NCBI GenBank assembly: GCA_048498955.1 | Contig: JBEHWZ010000015.1 | Coordinates: 23,437-87,436, forward strand | Length of the DNA: 64,000 bases | Source: Verrucomicrobiota bacterium | GTDB taxonomy: Bacteria; Verrucomicrobiota; Verrucomicrobiia; Opitutales; Opitutaceae | Direction of reading: 5' to 3' | Shown here: one piece after another, positions 56,066 through 64,000 of the stretch | Numbering within the stretch: position 1 is the stretch's first letter | How the letters are laid out: each line of letters opens with the position of its first letter | Made by a program: the position numbers and the translations under genes | Notes under the pieces: model-generated | What the model was told of the DNA's origin: nothing | Database searches by the model: none | Seen by the model: the letters and a program-made list of their open reading frames with translations, nothing else

Positions 56066-56124
56066 AGGCGGGATCACTGATCCCGCCTTCGGTCGTGTGC
56101 CCGGCGGGATTTACGCCCCGCCTT
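56066..56124. repeat. Tandem REP-like hairpins between fliA and motA
   Basis: aggcgggatca-c-tgatcccgcct (11-bp perfect) and ggcggg-atttacgc-cccgcc; both ggcgggat...cccgcctt. Confidence 0.7.
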
Positions 56125-56137
56125 CTCATCCACTCAC

Positions 56138-57001
56138 ATGCTGATCATCGTCGGAGCCGTCATCGTTTTTGCCGCCACCCTGGGCGGCTTCATGATCGCG
56201 GGCGGTCATCCCGGCGTGCTGCTCCATATTTCGGAGTTCATCGTGATCCTGGGTATTGCCGCCGGCGTGCTCATCATCGCGACGCCGATGCATGTGATCA
56301 AAGAGATCATCCACAAGATGAAGGACGCGCTCGCGGGGAAGACGGCGGGCAAGAAGGATTTCTTCGACATGCTCAAGCTGCTCTACGAGCTGTTCATGAC
56401 CGGCCGCCGCAACGGCCTGATTGCGCTCGAAGAGCACGTGATGAATCCCAAGCAGAGCGGCGTTTTCCAGCGCTACCCGTCGCTGCTCAACAACCACGAA
56501 CGCCTCCAGTTTCTGATCAACGGCCTGAAGCCCGTGATCGACGGCAAGATCAAGCCCGACCAGCTCGAGGACCTGATGGCCGCCGAACTCCACGCGAAGG
56601 AAGTGGAAATGGAGCATCCCGTCCACGCCATGCAGATGATCGGCGACTCGCTCCCCGCCATCGGCATCGTCGCGGCGGTGTTGGGCATCATCAACACCAT
56701 GTCCGCCATCGCCGAGGGCCCCGAGGTCGTCGGTGAAAAGGTGGCCGCGGCGCTCACCGGCACCATGTTGGGCATTTTCTGCGCGTACGGCTTCGTCAAC
56801 CCGCTGGCCGGCCGCATCCGCTCGAACAACGCCTCGGAAATGCTCTGCCTCAACTGCATCATGCATGCGGTCGCCGGCTTCGCGAAGGGCCTGGCCCCGC
56901 TCACCGCGGTGGAAGTCGCCCGCCGCTCGCTCGACAGCTCCGTGCAACCCAGCGCCGACGAGCTCGAGACCGCGGTCAAGAGCCTGGGCACCGGGAAATA
57001 A
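56138..57001 (+). CDS. motA: Stator protein MotA
   Basis: GRRNGLIALE, PAIGIVAAVLGI, AALTGTMLGIF. Confidence 0.96.
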   Translation: MLIIVGAVIVFAATLGGFMIAGGHPGVLLHISEFIVILGIAAGVLIIATPMHVIKEIIHKMKDALAGKTAGKKDFFDMLKLLYELFMTGRRNGLIALEEHVMNPKQSGVFQRYPSLLNNHERLQFLINGLKPVIDGKIKPDQLEDLMAAELHAKEVEMEHPVHAMQMIGDSLPAIGIVAAVLGIINTMSAIAEGPEVVGEKVAAALTGTMLGIFCAYGFVNPLAGRIRSNNASEMLCLNCIMHAVAGFAKGLAPLTAVEVARRSLDSSVQPSADELETAVKSLGTGK

Positions 57002-57004
57002 ACC

Positions 57005-57119
57005 CAAGTAACAAGTATGAAGTACCAAGTAACAAGTACGGCCGCCGCTACCCGCGATCCTCGTGTGATTGCCGGTGGATGGTCCTGTTACTTGTTACCT
57101 GATACTTGCTACTTCATCT
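57005..57119. repeat. Inverted 7-bp-period array pair (CAAGTA family)
   Basis: CAAGTAA CAAGTAT GAAGTAC CAAGTAA CAAGTAC ... CTGTTAC TTGTTAC CTGATAC TTGCTAC TTCATCT. Confidence 0.88.
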
Positions 57120-57123
57120 GACC

Positions 57124-58038
57124 ATGGCAGCAGGCGGCGGCGGTGGTGCATGGAAGGTGGCCTTCGCGGACTTCATGACCGCGATGATGGCGCTTTTCCT
57201 CGTGTTGTGGATTTCGTCGCAGGACAAAAAAATCCTCATCGCCACTTCGAAGTATTTCCAGAGCCCGTTCCAGTCGCCGATGGACGACCACTCGGGCATC
57301 ATGCCGTTCAACAAGGACAGCAACAGCAGCAGCGCGCCCAAGGAGAGCGACGACGGCGCCGCCAAGTCCAAGAGCTCGGACAAGCAGGTCGAACTCAACT
57401 ACCTCAACTCCGTGGCGGCGGATTTCTACCGCATGCTGCAGATGGACCAGACGAACGACCAGAAGCCGATCGACATCCAGGTGACGTCCGACGGCCTGCG
57501 CGTGACGATGTTCGATCGCAACAAGCAGCCGCTTTTCAAGGACAACGGCATCGAATTCACGGAGTGGGGCATCCACCTGATGCAATCGATGGCGTGGTTG
57601 ATCGATCGAAATCATTTCAAGGTGACGATCGACGGTCACACCCGCGAGGGGCTGAACCTGCCGCGCGAGAACTACACCGCGTGGGAACTGTCCTCGGATC
57701 GCGCGAACGCCGCCCGGCGTTCGCTTGTTTACTACGCCGTCGATCCGGCCCAGATCGAGCGCGTCGCCGGCTACGCCGACACGAAGCCGCTGCCGATGGA
57801 GAAGCCGACCTCGGAGTCCAACCAGCGCATCACGCTCAGCCTTTCGTTGAACAAGGGCGCCAAGGACAAGCCCAAGACGCCGGACGTCGCCAAGAAGGAC
57901 ACGCCCGGCACCCCGCCGAAGAAACCGGGCGAGGATGCGAAATTCGCGCCGCCGGCGCAGGCGCAGGGCAAGCCGTCGGCTTCGACCGGCGCACCGACCG
58001 GGATCAAGCCCGTCGCCGCCAACAGTCACTCTCCGTGA
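57124..58038 (+). CDS. motB: Stator protein MotB
   Basis: AWKVAFADFMTAMMALFL; OmpA-like IDGHT, WELSSDRANAARR, GYADTKP. Confidence 0.96.
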   Translation: MAAGGGGGAWKVAFADFMTAMMALFLVLWISSQDKKILIATSKYFQSPFQSPMDDHSGIMPFNKDSNSSSAPKESDDGAAKSKSSDKQVELNYLNSVAADFYRMLQMDQTNDQKPIDIQVTSDGLRVTMFDRNKQPLFKDNGIEFTEWGIHLMQSMAWLIDRNHFKVTIDGHTREGLNLPRENYTAWELSSDRANAARRSLVYYAVDPAQIERVAGYADTKPLPMEKPTSESNQRITLSLSLNKGAKDKPKTPDVAKKDTPGTPPKKPGEDAKFAPPAQAQGKPSASTGAPTGIKPVAANSHSP

Positions 58039-58064
58039 AACATCCCCGTGGTACCGAACCTGTC

Positions 58065-58286
58065 ATGAAACCCTTCCTCTCCGGCCGACGCTCCCTCGAT
58101 AGCGCGCCGCTGCGTGCCCCGCACGTCCACAAGTCGACGGCGCCCGCCGGCATTGTGCGGCCGGCCAACGAAACCGGTCCCTCGGTCGAGGTCGTGAAGC
58201 AGGGCGACAAGGTCGTCCGCATCCTCGTCACCTGTGGCTGCGGTGAGAAGATCGAGGTCGACTGCCTGTATCCGGCGGGCAGCTGA
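58065..58286 (+). CDS. Small Cys-motif hypothetical protein (73 aa)
   Basis: ATG at 58065; ends VRILVTCGCGEKIEVDCLY; biased codons. Confidence 0.7.
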   Translation: MKPFLSGRRSLDSAPLRAPHVHKSTAPAGIVRPANETGPSVEVVKQGDKVVRILVTCGCGEKIEVDCLYPAGS

Positions 58287-58307
58287 GGCATCGCCGGTGC
58301 GATGCAC

Positions 58308-58400
58308 ATTTTTCACCGTTCAAGGTTCATTAGTCATTGGTCATTTCGATCCGACGGTTCGAAATGACAGATGAAAGATGAGCAATGAACGCTGAACAAT
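58308..58400. repeat. Inverted 7-bp-period array pair (CATTGTT/AATGAAC family)
   Basis: CACCGTT CAAGGTT CATTAGT CATTGGT CATTTCG ... AATGACA GATGAAA GATGAGC AATGAAC GCTGAAC; 22 nt identical to 13069-13090. Confidence 0.88.
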
Positions 58401-58420
58401 TGCCCGGAGTTTGATCAGAG

Positions 58421-58441
58421 GCCGGTCTCCCGACCGGCCTT
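58421..58441. repeat. 21-bp palindromic direct repeat, copy 1
   Basis: gccggtctcccgaccggcctt. Confidence 0.85.
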
Positions 58442-58497
58442 CTGGCTTTGCGGAATTGATGAAGGACAATTCGCGTGATTGGCTCCGCGAAATAAAA

Positions 58498-59070
58498 ATG
58501 AAGTCGCGTACCGTCTTGATCGCGTTGCTCGGAATTTCCCTGGTGGTGGCCGAAACCCGGGGCGAATCACCGCGAAAAGCCGGTCCCTTGAGCAGCGCGC
58601 TGCTCGAAGAACTGGTTCGGAACGACCATGAGGTGGGTGACGATGTGGCAGGCCGGTGCGTATGGCCCGATGGGAATTCGATTCCTTATCGCTTTGACTT
58701 CACCAGCAAGGGAAACGGCCGGCTGCAGCTCGGCGGCCAGATGATCCGGGTCTATGATTACCACGAGGATGGCAGCCGTTATGAGGATGGGTTCCTGCAG
58801 ATCGACCTGATCAGCAAGCGCGGCATGTCGCTCCTGGTGTTCACCGGCATGGCGCAATGGAGTGATGAGAAGGGTGGAAGGGTGATTCATCGTGAACCGG
58901 TATCCCTGATCTTTGCCTTGGATAAGAAGCAGCACCTCGAACTCGTTTTTGCCAACCAGGGGGCCGACAGGTTCGACGCTTGGGAGCACAAGGGCGATCG
59001 CTCACGGGAGGACTGGATCGAGTTTTTCCAGAAAGAGGACGAACGGAAGCATTCCCTGGATCGCCGCTGA
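58498..59070 (+). CDS. Hypothetical secreted protein (190 aa)
   Basis: MKSRTVLIALLGISLVVAE signal-peptide-like start; less biased codons than neighbours. Confidence 0.65.
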   Translation: MKSRTVLIALLGISLVVAETRGESPRKAGPLSSALLEELVRNDHEVGDDVAGRCVWPDGNSIPYRFDFTSKGNGRLQLGGQMIRVYDYHEDGSRYEDGFLQIDLISKRGMSLLVFTGMAQWSDEKGGRVIHREPVSLIFALDKKQHLELVFANQGADRFDAWEHKGDRSREDWIEFFQKEDERKHSLDRR

Positions 59071-59077
59071 ACGCTGA

Positions 59078-59098
59078 GCCGGTCTCCCGACCGGCCTT
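59078..59098. repeat. 21-bp palindromic direct repeat, copy 2
   Basis: gccggtctcccgaccggcctt, identical to 58421-58441. Confidence 0.85.
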
Positions 59099-59198
59099 TT
59101 TGTTTTTGCGCTCCCGGGCGTTGTCGCGCCTGATGACGGCGCGGGCCGCCAATCCTCGTCCAACCTCGTTGGGGCACTCTTCCTGCGGGAGAAATGAC

Positions 59199-59618
59199 AT
59201 GCGCAAAGTAGAAATCATCATCACCGGCTTCTTTGCCGTGGCGGTTGGCTTTGACATTTGGGCGCGCCTGGCGGTGAAGCGCCGGGCCGGACGGCAGCGG
59301 GCGCAGGCCCAGGCGCTGGCCGGAGCTTTTCCAGCGGAATACCGCGCGACCGTGGGCTACGCCGCTTGGATCCTGGCGACCGCGCTCGATATCGATCCCG
59401 CGAGCCTGCAGCCCAAGACGCGTTTCCTCGAGGACCTGAAGATGGACGATCTTGAGTACAAGGAGGTGTCGCTGGTCCTGAAGGCAGACGGCCTCGAACT
59501 CGCGCCCGAAGAAGTCATGCAGGCCGGCGCTTTCGAGGGGTTTGTGCACATCCTGACCGGCCGGGTGCCGCCGTCGTTCTTCGCCCAATGGGAGGAGATA
59601 AGGGAAAAGTCGTCTTGA
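59199..59618 (+). CDS. Hypothetical membrane-anchored protein with ACP-like domain
   Basis: N-terminal TM; PKTRFLEDLKMDDLEYKEVSLVL resembles the ACP motif. Confidence 0.55.
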   Translation: MRKVEIIITGFFAVAVGFDIWARLAVKRRAGRQRAQAQALAGAFPAEYRATVGYAAWILATALDIDPASLQPKTRFLEDLKMDDLEYKEVSLVLKADGLELAPEEVMQAGAFEGFVHILTGRVPPSFFAQWEEIREKSS

Positions 59619-59944
59619 AGCGCTGGGCGGAAAGTCCCCTGGCCTGGGTGGTCGCCAACTGATCGCGAAAAAGGCTTCGGTATGGATGGCCGAGCTCCTG
59701 CGAGGCCAACGCACGCCGGCGCAACCCAAGGCCTCGCGGGAGCTCGGCCCTCCACTTTTGTGGCCGGGCGGCCATGGATTTGGGCGACTGGATATCGGCC
59801 CATGGCAGGCCCGGTTTAACGCTAATCGGGCGACTAGGTAAGATTTGCCGCTGACGGTTTCGCTCCCGGGCGGGCAGGGTAGTGCCAAACTGAAAAACTT
59901 TTAAGTATCTATCCTTAGGCACTTAAGGTGTAAACGAAGTCCGT

Positions 59945-59959
59945 TGGCACCGGCATTGC
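59945..59959 (+). promoter_or_regulatory. sigma54 promoter of flgF operon
   Basis: TGGCAC-N5-TTGC, exact consensus. Confidence 0.88.
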
Positions 59960-59974
59960 TCATAGGGCCCCAAC

Positions 59975-60724
59975 ATGAATATCGGTCTCTACCAAAGTGC
60001 AGCTTCGATGGCGGCGCTGGAGCGTTGGCAGGATAGTGTTTCCCAAAACATTAGCTCCGGCCAGACGTCCGGCTACCGCAAGCGCACGATTGAGTTCAGC
60101 ACCGAGACCGCGGGCGAGATTCGTCCGGACGGCAAGGCCAAGCTCGGCGTCGATGGCGGCATTCCCGCGATTTTCCCGAAAACCTCGGCCGGCATTAACT
60201 TCAATTCCGGTGAGACGATGCCCACGCGCCGCGAGCTCGACTTCGCGCTGCAGGGCGAGGGTTTCTTCGAGGTCCAGATGAAGGACGGCTCCATGGCGTA
60301 CTCGCGCAGCGGCGAGTTCCGCATCCGTCCGGACCGCACGCTCGTCAATTCCGCCGGCCTCGAAGTCATGAGCACGAGCGGCAGCCCGATTGTGCTGCTC
60401 CCCGGCCAGGGCCAGGTGACGGTCAATCCGGATGGCACCATCGTGCAGGGCACCACGGCGCTCGGTAAACTCTCGATCCAGAAATTTTCCAACGAGGCCG
60501 CGCTCATCCCGACGGCGGGCGGCATGTTCATCGCCGGCGCCGGCGCCGGCAAATCCGCCGTCGACGAACCCGAGGTGATGCAGGGCTACCTCGAGCAGAG
60601 CAACGTCCAGCCCCTCCGCGAAATGGTCGACCTCGTCATCATCTCCCGCGCCTACGAGGCGAACCAGAAGATGATCACGACCATCGACTCGCAGATGCAG
60701 AAGGCCCTCGAGGCCCTCGGCTAA
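59975..60724 (+). CDS. flgF: Basal-body rod protein FlgF
   Basis: MNIGLYQSAASM, LDFALQGEGFF, YSRSGEF, YLEQSNV...RAYEANQK; precedes flgG. Confidence 0.9.
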   Translation: MNIGLYQSAASMAALERWQDSVSQNISSGQTSGYRKRTIEFSTETAGEIRPDGKAKLGVDGGIPAIFPKTSAGINFNSGETMPTRRELDFALQGEGFFEVQMKDGSMAYSRSGEFRIRPDRTLVNSAGLEVMSTSGSPIVLLPGQGQVTVNPDGTIVQGTTALGKLSIQKFSNEAALIPTAGGMFIAGAGAGKSAVDEPEVMQGYLEQSNVQPLREMVDLVIISRAYEANQKMITTIDSQMQKALEALG

Positions 60725-60812
60725 AGCCGCGCCATGAATTCCCCATATAGACAACCGCAATCACGACTGCTTGGCCGCGCCCGGTATGGGGCCGGGCCGG
60801 CTCCAATTTCAA

Positions 60813-60901
60813 AGAGCATGGAGCAGGGAGCCGGGAGCTTGGAGCCGATCCAAGCCCATGGCGTTTCCTGCTCCGTGCTCTTCGCTCTTCGCTCCTCGCT
60901 C
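60813..60901. repeat. Inverted 7-bp-period array pair (GGAGC family)
   Basis: AGAGCAT GGAGCAG GGAGCCG GGAGCTT GGAGCCG ... CCTGCTC CGTGCTC TTCGCTC TTCGCTC CTCGCTC. Confidence 0.85.
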
Positions 60902-60906
60902 CAATC

Positions 60907-61689
60907 ATGAACCTCTCGCTCTACTCCGCGGCCACGGGCATGGAGGCCCAACAGCTCAACCTCAACACGATCGCCAACAACCTGGCGAACGTGAACACCC
61001 CGGGCTTCAAGCGCAGCAAGATCGAGTTCCAGGATCTGCTCTACCAGAAGCCGCGCGCCGCGGGCGCCGACTCGGGTGGCGGTAATATCATCCCGACCGG
61101 CATCGAAGTCGGTAACGGTACGCGCGTTTCGTCGACGTCCAAGGTTTTCACCCAGGGCCAGCTGACCAACTCCGGCGAAAAGCTCGACGTCGCGCTCCAG
61201 GGCGACGGTTTCTTCGAAGTGCAGCGCCCCGACGGCACCATTGCCTACACGCGCGACGGTTCGTTCAAGACCAACGCCACGGGCCAGGTCGTCACCAGCG
61301 ACGGCATGCCGGTGCTCAGCGGCTTCCAGCCGATCCCGTCCGGCGCCACCTCGGTCGCCATCTCCACCGACGGCACGGTCACGGTCCAGACGCCTTCCGG
61401 CAACACCACCTTCCGCCTCACGCTCACCCGCTTCTCCAACCCGGCCGGCCTGCGCTCGCTCGGTGGCAACCTCTATGAGGAAACCGCCGCTTCCGGCGCG
61501 CCCGAGACCGGCAATCCCGGCGAGCAGGGTTTCGGCCAGACGATGCAGGGCTACGTCGAGAACTCCAACGTCAACATCGTCGAGGAGATGGTGAACCTCA
61601 TCGTCGCCCAGCGCGCGTACGAGGTGAACTCCAAGTCCATCCAAGCTTCCGACGAAATGCTCCAGAACGTCGCCAATCTCAAACGCTAA
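60907..61689 (+). CDS. flgG: Distal rod protein FlgG
   Basis: ANNLANVNTPGFK, FQDLLYQ, YTRDGSF, ENSNVNIVEEMVNLIVAQRAYE. Confidence 0.97.
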   Translation: MNLSLYSAATGMEAQQLNLNTIANNLANVNTPGFKRSKIEFQDLLYQKPRAAGADSGGGNIIPTGIEVGNGTRVSSTSKVFTQGQLTNSGEKLDVALQGDGFFEVQRPDGTIAYTRDGSFKTNATGQVVTSDGMPVLSGFQPIPSGATSVAISTDGTVTVQTPSGNTTFRLTLTRFSNPAGLRSLGGNLYEETAASGAPETGNPGEQGFGQTMQGYVENSNVNIVEEMVNLIVAQRAYEVNSKSIQASDEMLQNVANLKR

Positions 61690-61695
61690 CCCCCT

Positions 61696-62403
61696 ATGCG
61701 TCGCTACCTCCTCCTGCTCCTTCCGCTCTTCGCCGCGTTTTCGTTCGCGGCGGAGGAAAAATCGCCCCGCGTCACCCCGCTCACGCAGGACATGCTGGTC
61801 GGTGCGCTCAGCCGCGATCTCATGTCGCACTTCAATCTCGAGGGCGACCTCCAGATCGAACTGCTGCGCGCGTGGAACCCGAGCACCGCGGTCGCTTCCG
61901 ACTGGCAGGTCGAGATCACCGAGTATCCTTCCGTCGTCGCCGGCGCCATGCTGCTCCGCTGCCGCGTGCTGGCCGACGGCGTGCCGAGCGGCGAGTCCAC
62001 CCTGACGCTGCGCGCCAGCCTCTGGCGTGATGCCTGGGTCGCCCGCCAGCCGCTGCTCAACGGCGCTGCTTTCGATCCTTCGCTGCTCGAGACGCGTCGC
62101 GTCGACGTGTTCCGCGACCGCGATGCGCTGCCGGCCAACGTCGGCGACCAGACCTACATCTTCTCCCGCGGCGTCAACGCCGGCCGCATCGTCACCTGGC
62201 GCGACATCAGCCGCCGCCCGCTCGTCCGCAAGGGCGACGTCGTCGAGGTCACCGCCACCGAGGGCATGCTCTCCGTCACCATGAAGGCCATGGCGCTGCA
62301 GAGCGGCGGCCAGGGTGAAGCCGTCACTTTCCGCAATCTCGAGTCCCGCAAGGATTTTACCGCTTTCGTCATCGATGAAAACCGCGCCCAAGTCCGCTTC
62401 TAA
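61696..62403 (+). CDS. flgA: P-ring chaperone FlgA
   Basis: Signal peptide; PLVRKGDVVEV...MKAMALQSGGQGEAVTFRNLESRK. Confidence 0.88.
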   Translation: MRRYLLLLLPLFAAFSFAAEEKSPRVTPLTQDMLVGALSRDLMSHFNLEGDLQIELLRAWNPSTAVASDWQVEITEYPSVVAGAMLLRCRVLADGVPSGESTLTLRASLWRDAWVARQPLLNGAAFDPSLLETRRVDVFRDRDALPANVGDQTYIFSRGVNAGRIVTWRDISRRPLVRKGDVVEVTATEGMLSVTMKAMALQSGGQGEAVTFRNLESRKDFTAFVIDENRAQVRF

Positions 62404-63004
62404 GCTCGCCGGCCTGATCGCCGCCTGCGCGCTCACGACCTCCCTGGTCGCGGGCAACGGTTCCATCTGGCCGACCGGCGGGGTGGAGCGGAGCATGGCC
62501 GCCGACCGCCGCGCGTCGGCCCGGGGCGACATCATCACCGTCGTCGTTTCCGAATCCGCCAACGCCACCAGCGCGCAGACGAAGTCCGACACGCGCGACT
62601 CCGCCCTCGCCGACGCGATCACCCAGTTCATCTACACCAAGTCGCCGCTGCTGCACAACGGCGAGCTCCCGGCCAGCAGCGCCACGGGCAAGTCCACCTA
62701 TTCCGGCGGCGGCTCGGTCAACAACAGCCAGACGCTGACCGCGCGCGCCGCGGTGCTCGTCACCGATGTGCTGCCCAACGGCACGCTCGTGATCGAGGGC
62801 GCCCGCCGCATCACGTTCTCCGGCGAGACGCAGTACGTCGTGCTCCACGGCCTCGTGCGCCCCGATGACATCACTTCCGCCAACACCATCGCCTCGAGCA
62901 ACGTCGCCGATGCGCATGTCGAGTTCGTTACCGAAGGCACGCTGACCGACGCGCAGAAGCGCGGCTGGCTCTCGAAACTCTACGAAAAGCTGCGGCCCTT
63001 CTGA
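62375..63004 (+). CDS. flgH: L-ring protein FlgH
   Basis: RGDIITVVVSE, VTDVLPNGTLVIEG, GLVRPDDI, VADAHV; ATG at 62375. Confidence 0.93.
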   Translation: MKTAPKSASKLAGLIAACALTTSLVAGNGSIWPTGGVERSMAADRRASARGDIITVVVSESANATSAQTKSDTRDSALADAITQFIYTKSPLLHNGELPASSATGKSTYSGGGSVNNSQTLTARAAVLVTDVLPNGTLVIEGARRITFSGETQYVVLHGLVRPDDITSANTIASSNVADAHVEFVTEGTLTDAQKRGWLSKLYEKLRPF

Positions 63005-63013
63005 GGATTTTCC

Positions 63014-64000
63014 ATGACACGGATGTTCACCCGTTTTTCCACTCTCGTCCTCGCCGTCCTCCTGGTCGGCGCGGCGGAGGCTTCGCGCGTCAAGGACCTG
63101 ACCTTGGTCGAAGGCAGCCGCGACAATCAGCTGGTCGGTTACGGTCTCGTGGTCGGCCTCGCGGGTGACGGCGACAGCAACGCCAACTCCACGCTGCACG
63201 CTCTCTCCAACGTCCTCCAGCGCTACGGCCTCCAGGTCAGCCCGACCGACATCAAGTCGAAGAACGTCGCCGCGGTCATGATCACGGCCGACATTGGCGC
63301 CTTCCTCAAGCCCGGCGCGCGCATCGACGTGACCGTCGCCGCGATGGGCGATGCCAAGACGCTCCAGGGCGCTGTGCTCCTCCAGACCCCGCTGCTCGGC
63401 GGTGACGGCCGCACCTACGCGGTTGCGCAGGGCCCGGTCGCGGTCGGCGGTTTCATCGGCGGCGCCGGCGGTGCCGGTGGCGCGACGGTGCAGAAGAATC
63501 ACCCGACGGTCGGCACGATCAGCAACGGCGCCATCGTCGAGCGCGAGATCGTCACCGAGTTGGTGCACGACAACAACCTGCGCCTGCTGCTCCACAATCC
63601 GGACTTCACCTCGGCCGCCCGCATGGCCGATGCCATCAACCTCAAGTTTCCCGCCAGCGCGCACGCGATCGACGCCGCCACCGTGAAGGTCGCGATGCCC
63701 ACCGAGTACAATGGACACGACGTCGCCTTCCTCGCCGACCTCGGCACCGTGGAAGTGCAGCCCGACACGCTCGCCCGCATCGTGCTCAACGAGCGCACCG
63801 GCACCATCGTCGCCACCTCGACGGTCCGCCTCTCGCAGGTCGCGATCGCCCACGGTTCGCTGACGATCACCGTCACTTCCAATGTCGGCGTCAGCCAGCC
63901 CAACGCGCTCAGCCAGGGCCAGACGACCACGGCGCAGAGCACCCAGACCGCCGTGAACGAAGGCAAGGGCGGCTTCACCATCCTCAACGACCCGCCGTCC
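63014..64000 (+). CDS. flgI: P-ring protein FlgI (3' truncated)
   Basis: RVKDL...NQLVGYGLVVGLAGDGD, KNVAAVMITA, NERTGTIV. Confidence 0.96.
   Translation, partial: MTRMFTRFSTLVLAVLLVGAAEASRVKDLTLVEGSRDNQLVGYGLVVGLAGDGDSNANSTLHALSNVLQRYGLQVSPTDIKSKNVAAVMITADIGAFLKPGARIDVTVAAMGDAKTLQGAVLLQTPLLGGDGRTYAVAQGPVAVGGFIGGAGGAGGATVQKNHPTVGTISNGAIVEREIVTELVHDNNLRLLLHNPDFTSAARMADAINLKFPASAHAIDAATVKVAMPTEYNGHDVAFLADLGTVEVQPDTLARIVLNERTGTIVATSTVRLSQVAIAHGSLTITVTSNVGVSQPNALSQGQTTTAQSTQTAVNEGKGGFTILNDPPS

Noticed and set aside
62375-62430. FlgH lacking a lipoprotein signal
   Set aside because: IAAC at residues 15-18 could be a lipobox; cannot be decided without SignalP.

Overview
High-GC bacterial window, almost entirely one motility island. 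Gene content, C-rich start contexts and lack of Shine-Dalgarno motifs suggest Verrucomicrobiota (Opitutaceae-like); this is inference. 1-12.9 kb: flagellin glycosylation cluster (pseC-pseF-pseG, NeuB/PseI-family synthase, N-formyltransferase, second DegT aminotransferase, methyltransferase, WbqC, PIG-L deacetylase, two orphan GT-like proteins, TPR-GT41). 13.3-19 kb: two minimal 270-aa flagellins, fliD, lipoprotein, flgM-like, fliS, flgN-like. 19.9-35 kb: sigma54 activator and chemotaxis/signalling genes (cheX, REC-REC-STAS protein, multi-PAS hybrid kinase, cheW, cheA, HDOD, cheD, degenerate HD-GYP regulator, cheB, cheR). 35-64 kb: flgBC-fliEFGHIJ-flbB-like-fliK-flgDE-fliLMNOPQR-flhBAF-fliA-motAB, two accessory genes, flgFGAHI (flgI truncated). 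Nine sigma28-type and two to three sigma54-type promoters can be read directly. Best leads: (i) 17 intergenic short-period arrays (15 with 7-bp, one 8-bp, one 9-bp period), mostly inverted pairs filling stop-to-start spacers; (ii) a candidate ~70-nt sigma28-dependent sRNA with its own terminator at 31.7 kb; (iii) CsrA-type GGA hairpins in both flagellin leaders; (iv) several unannotated small proteins in the flagellar regulon. All functional calls come from motif recognition by eye; no database searches were run.
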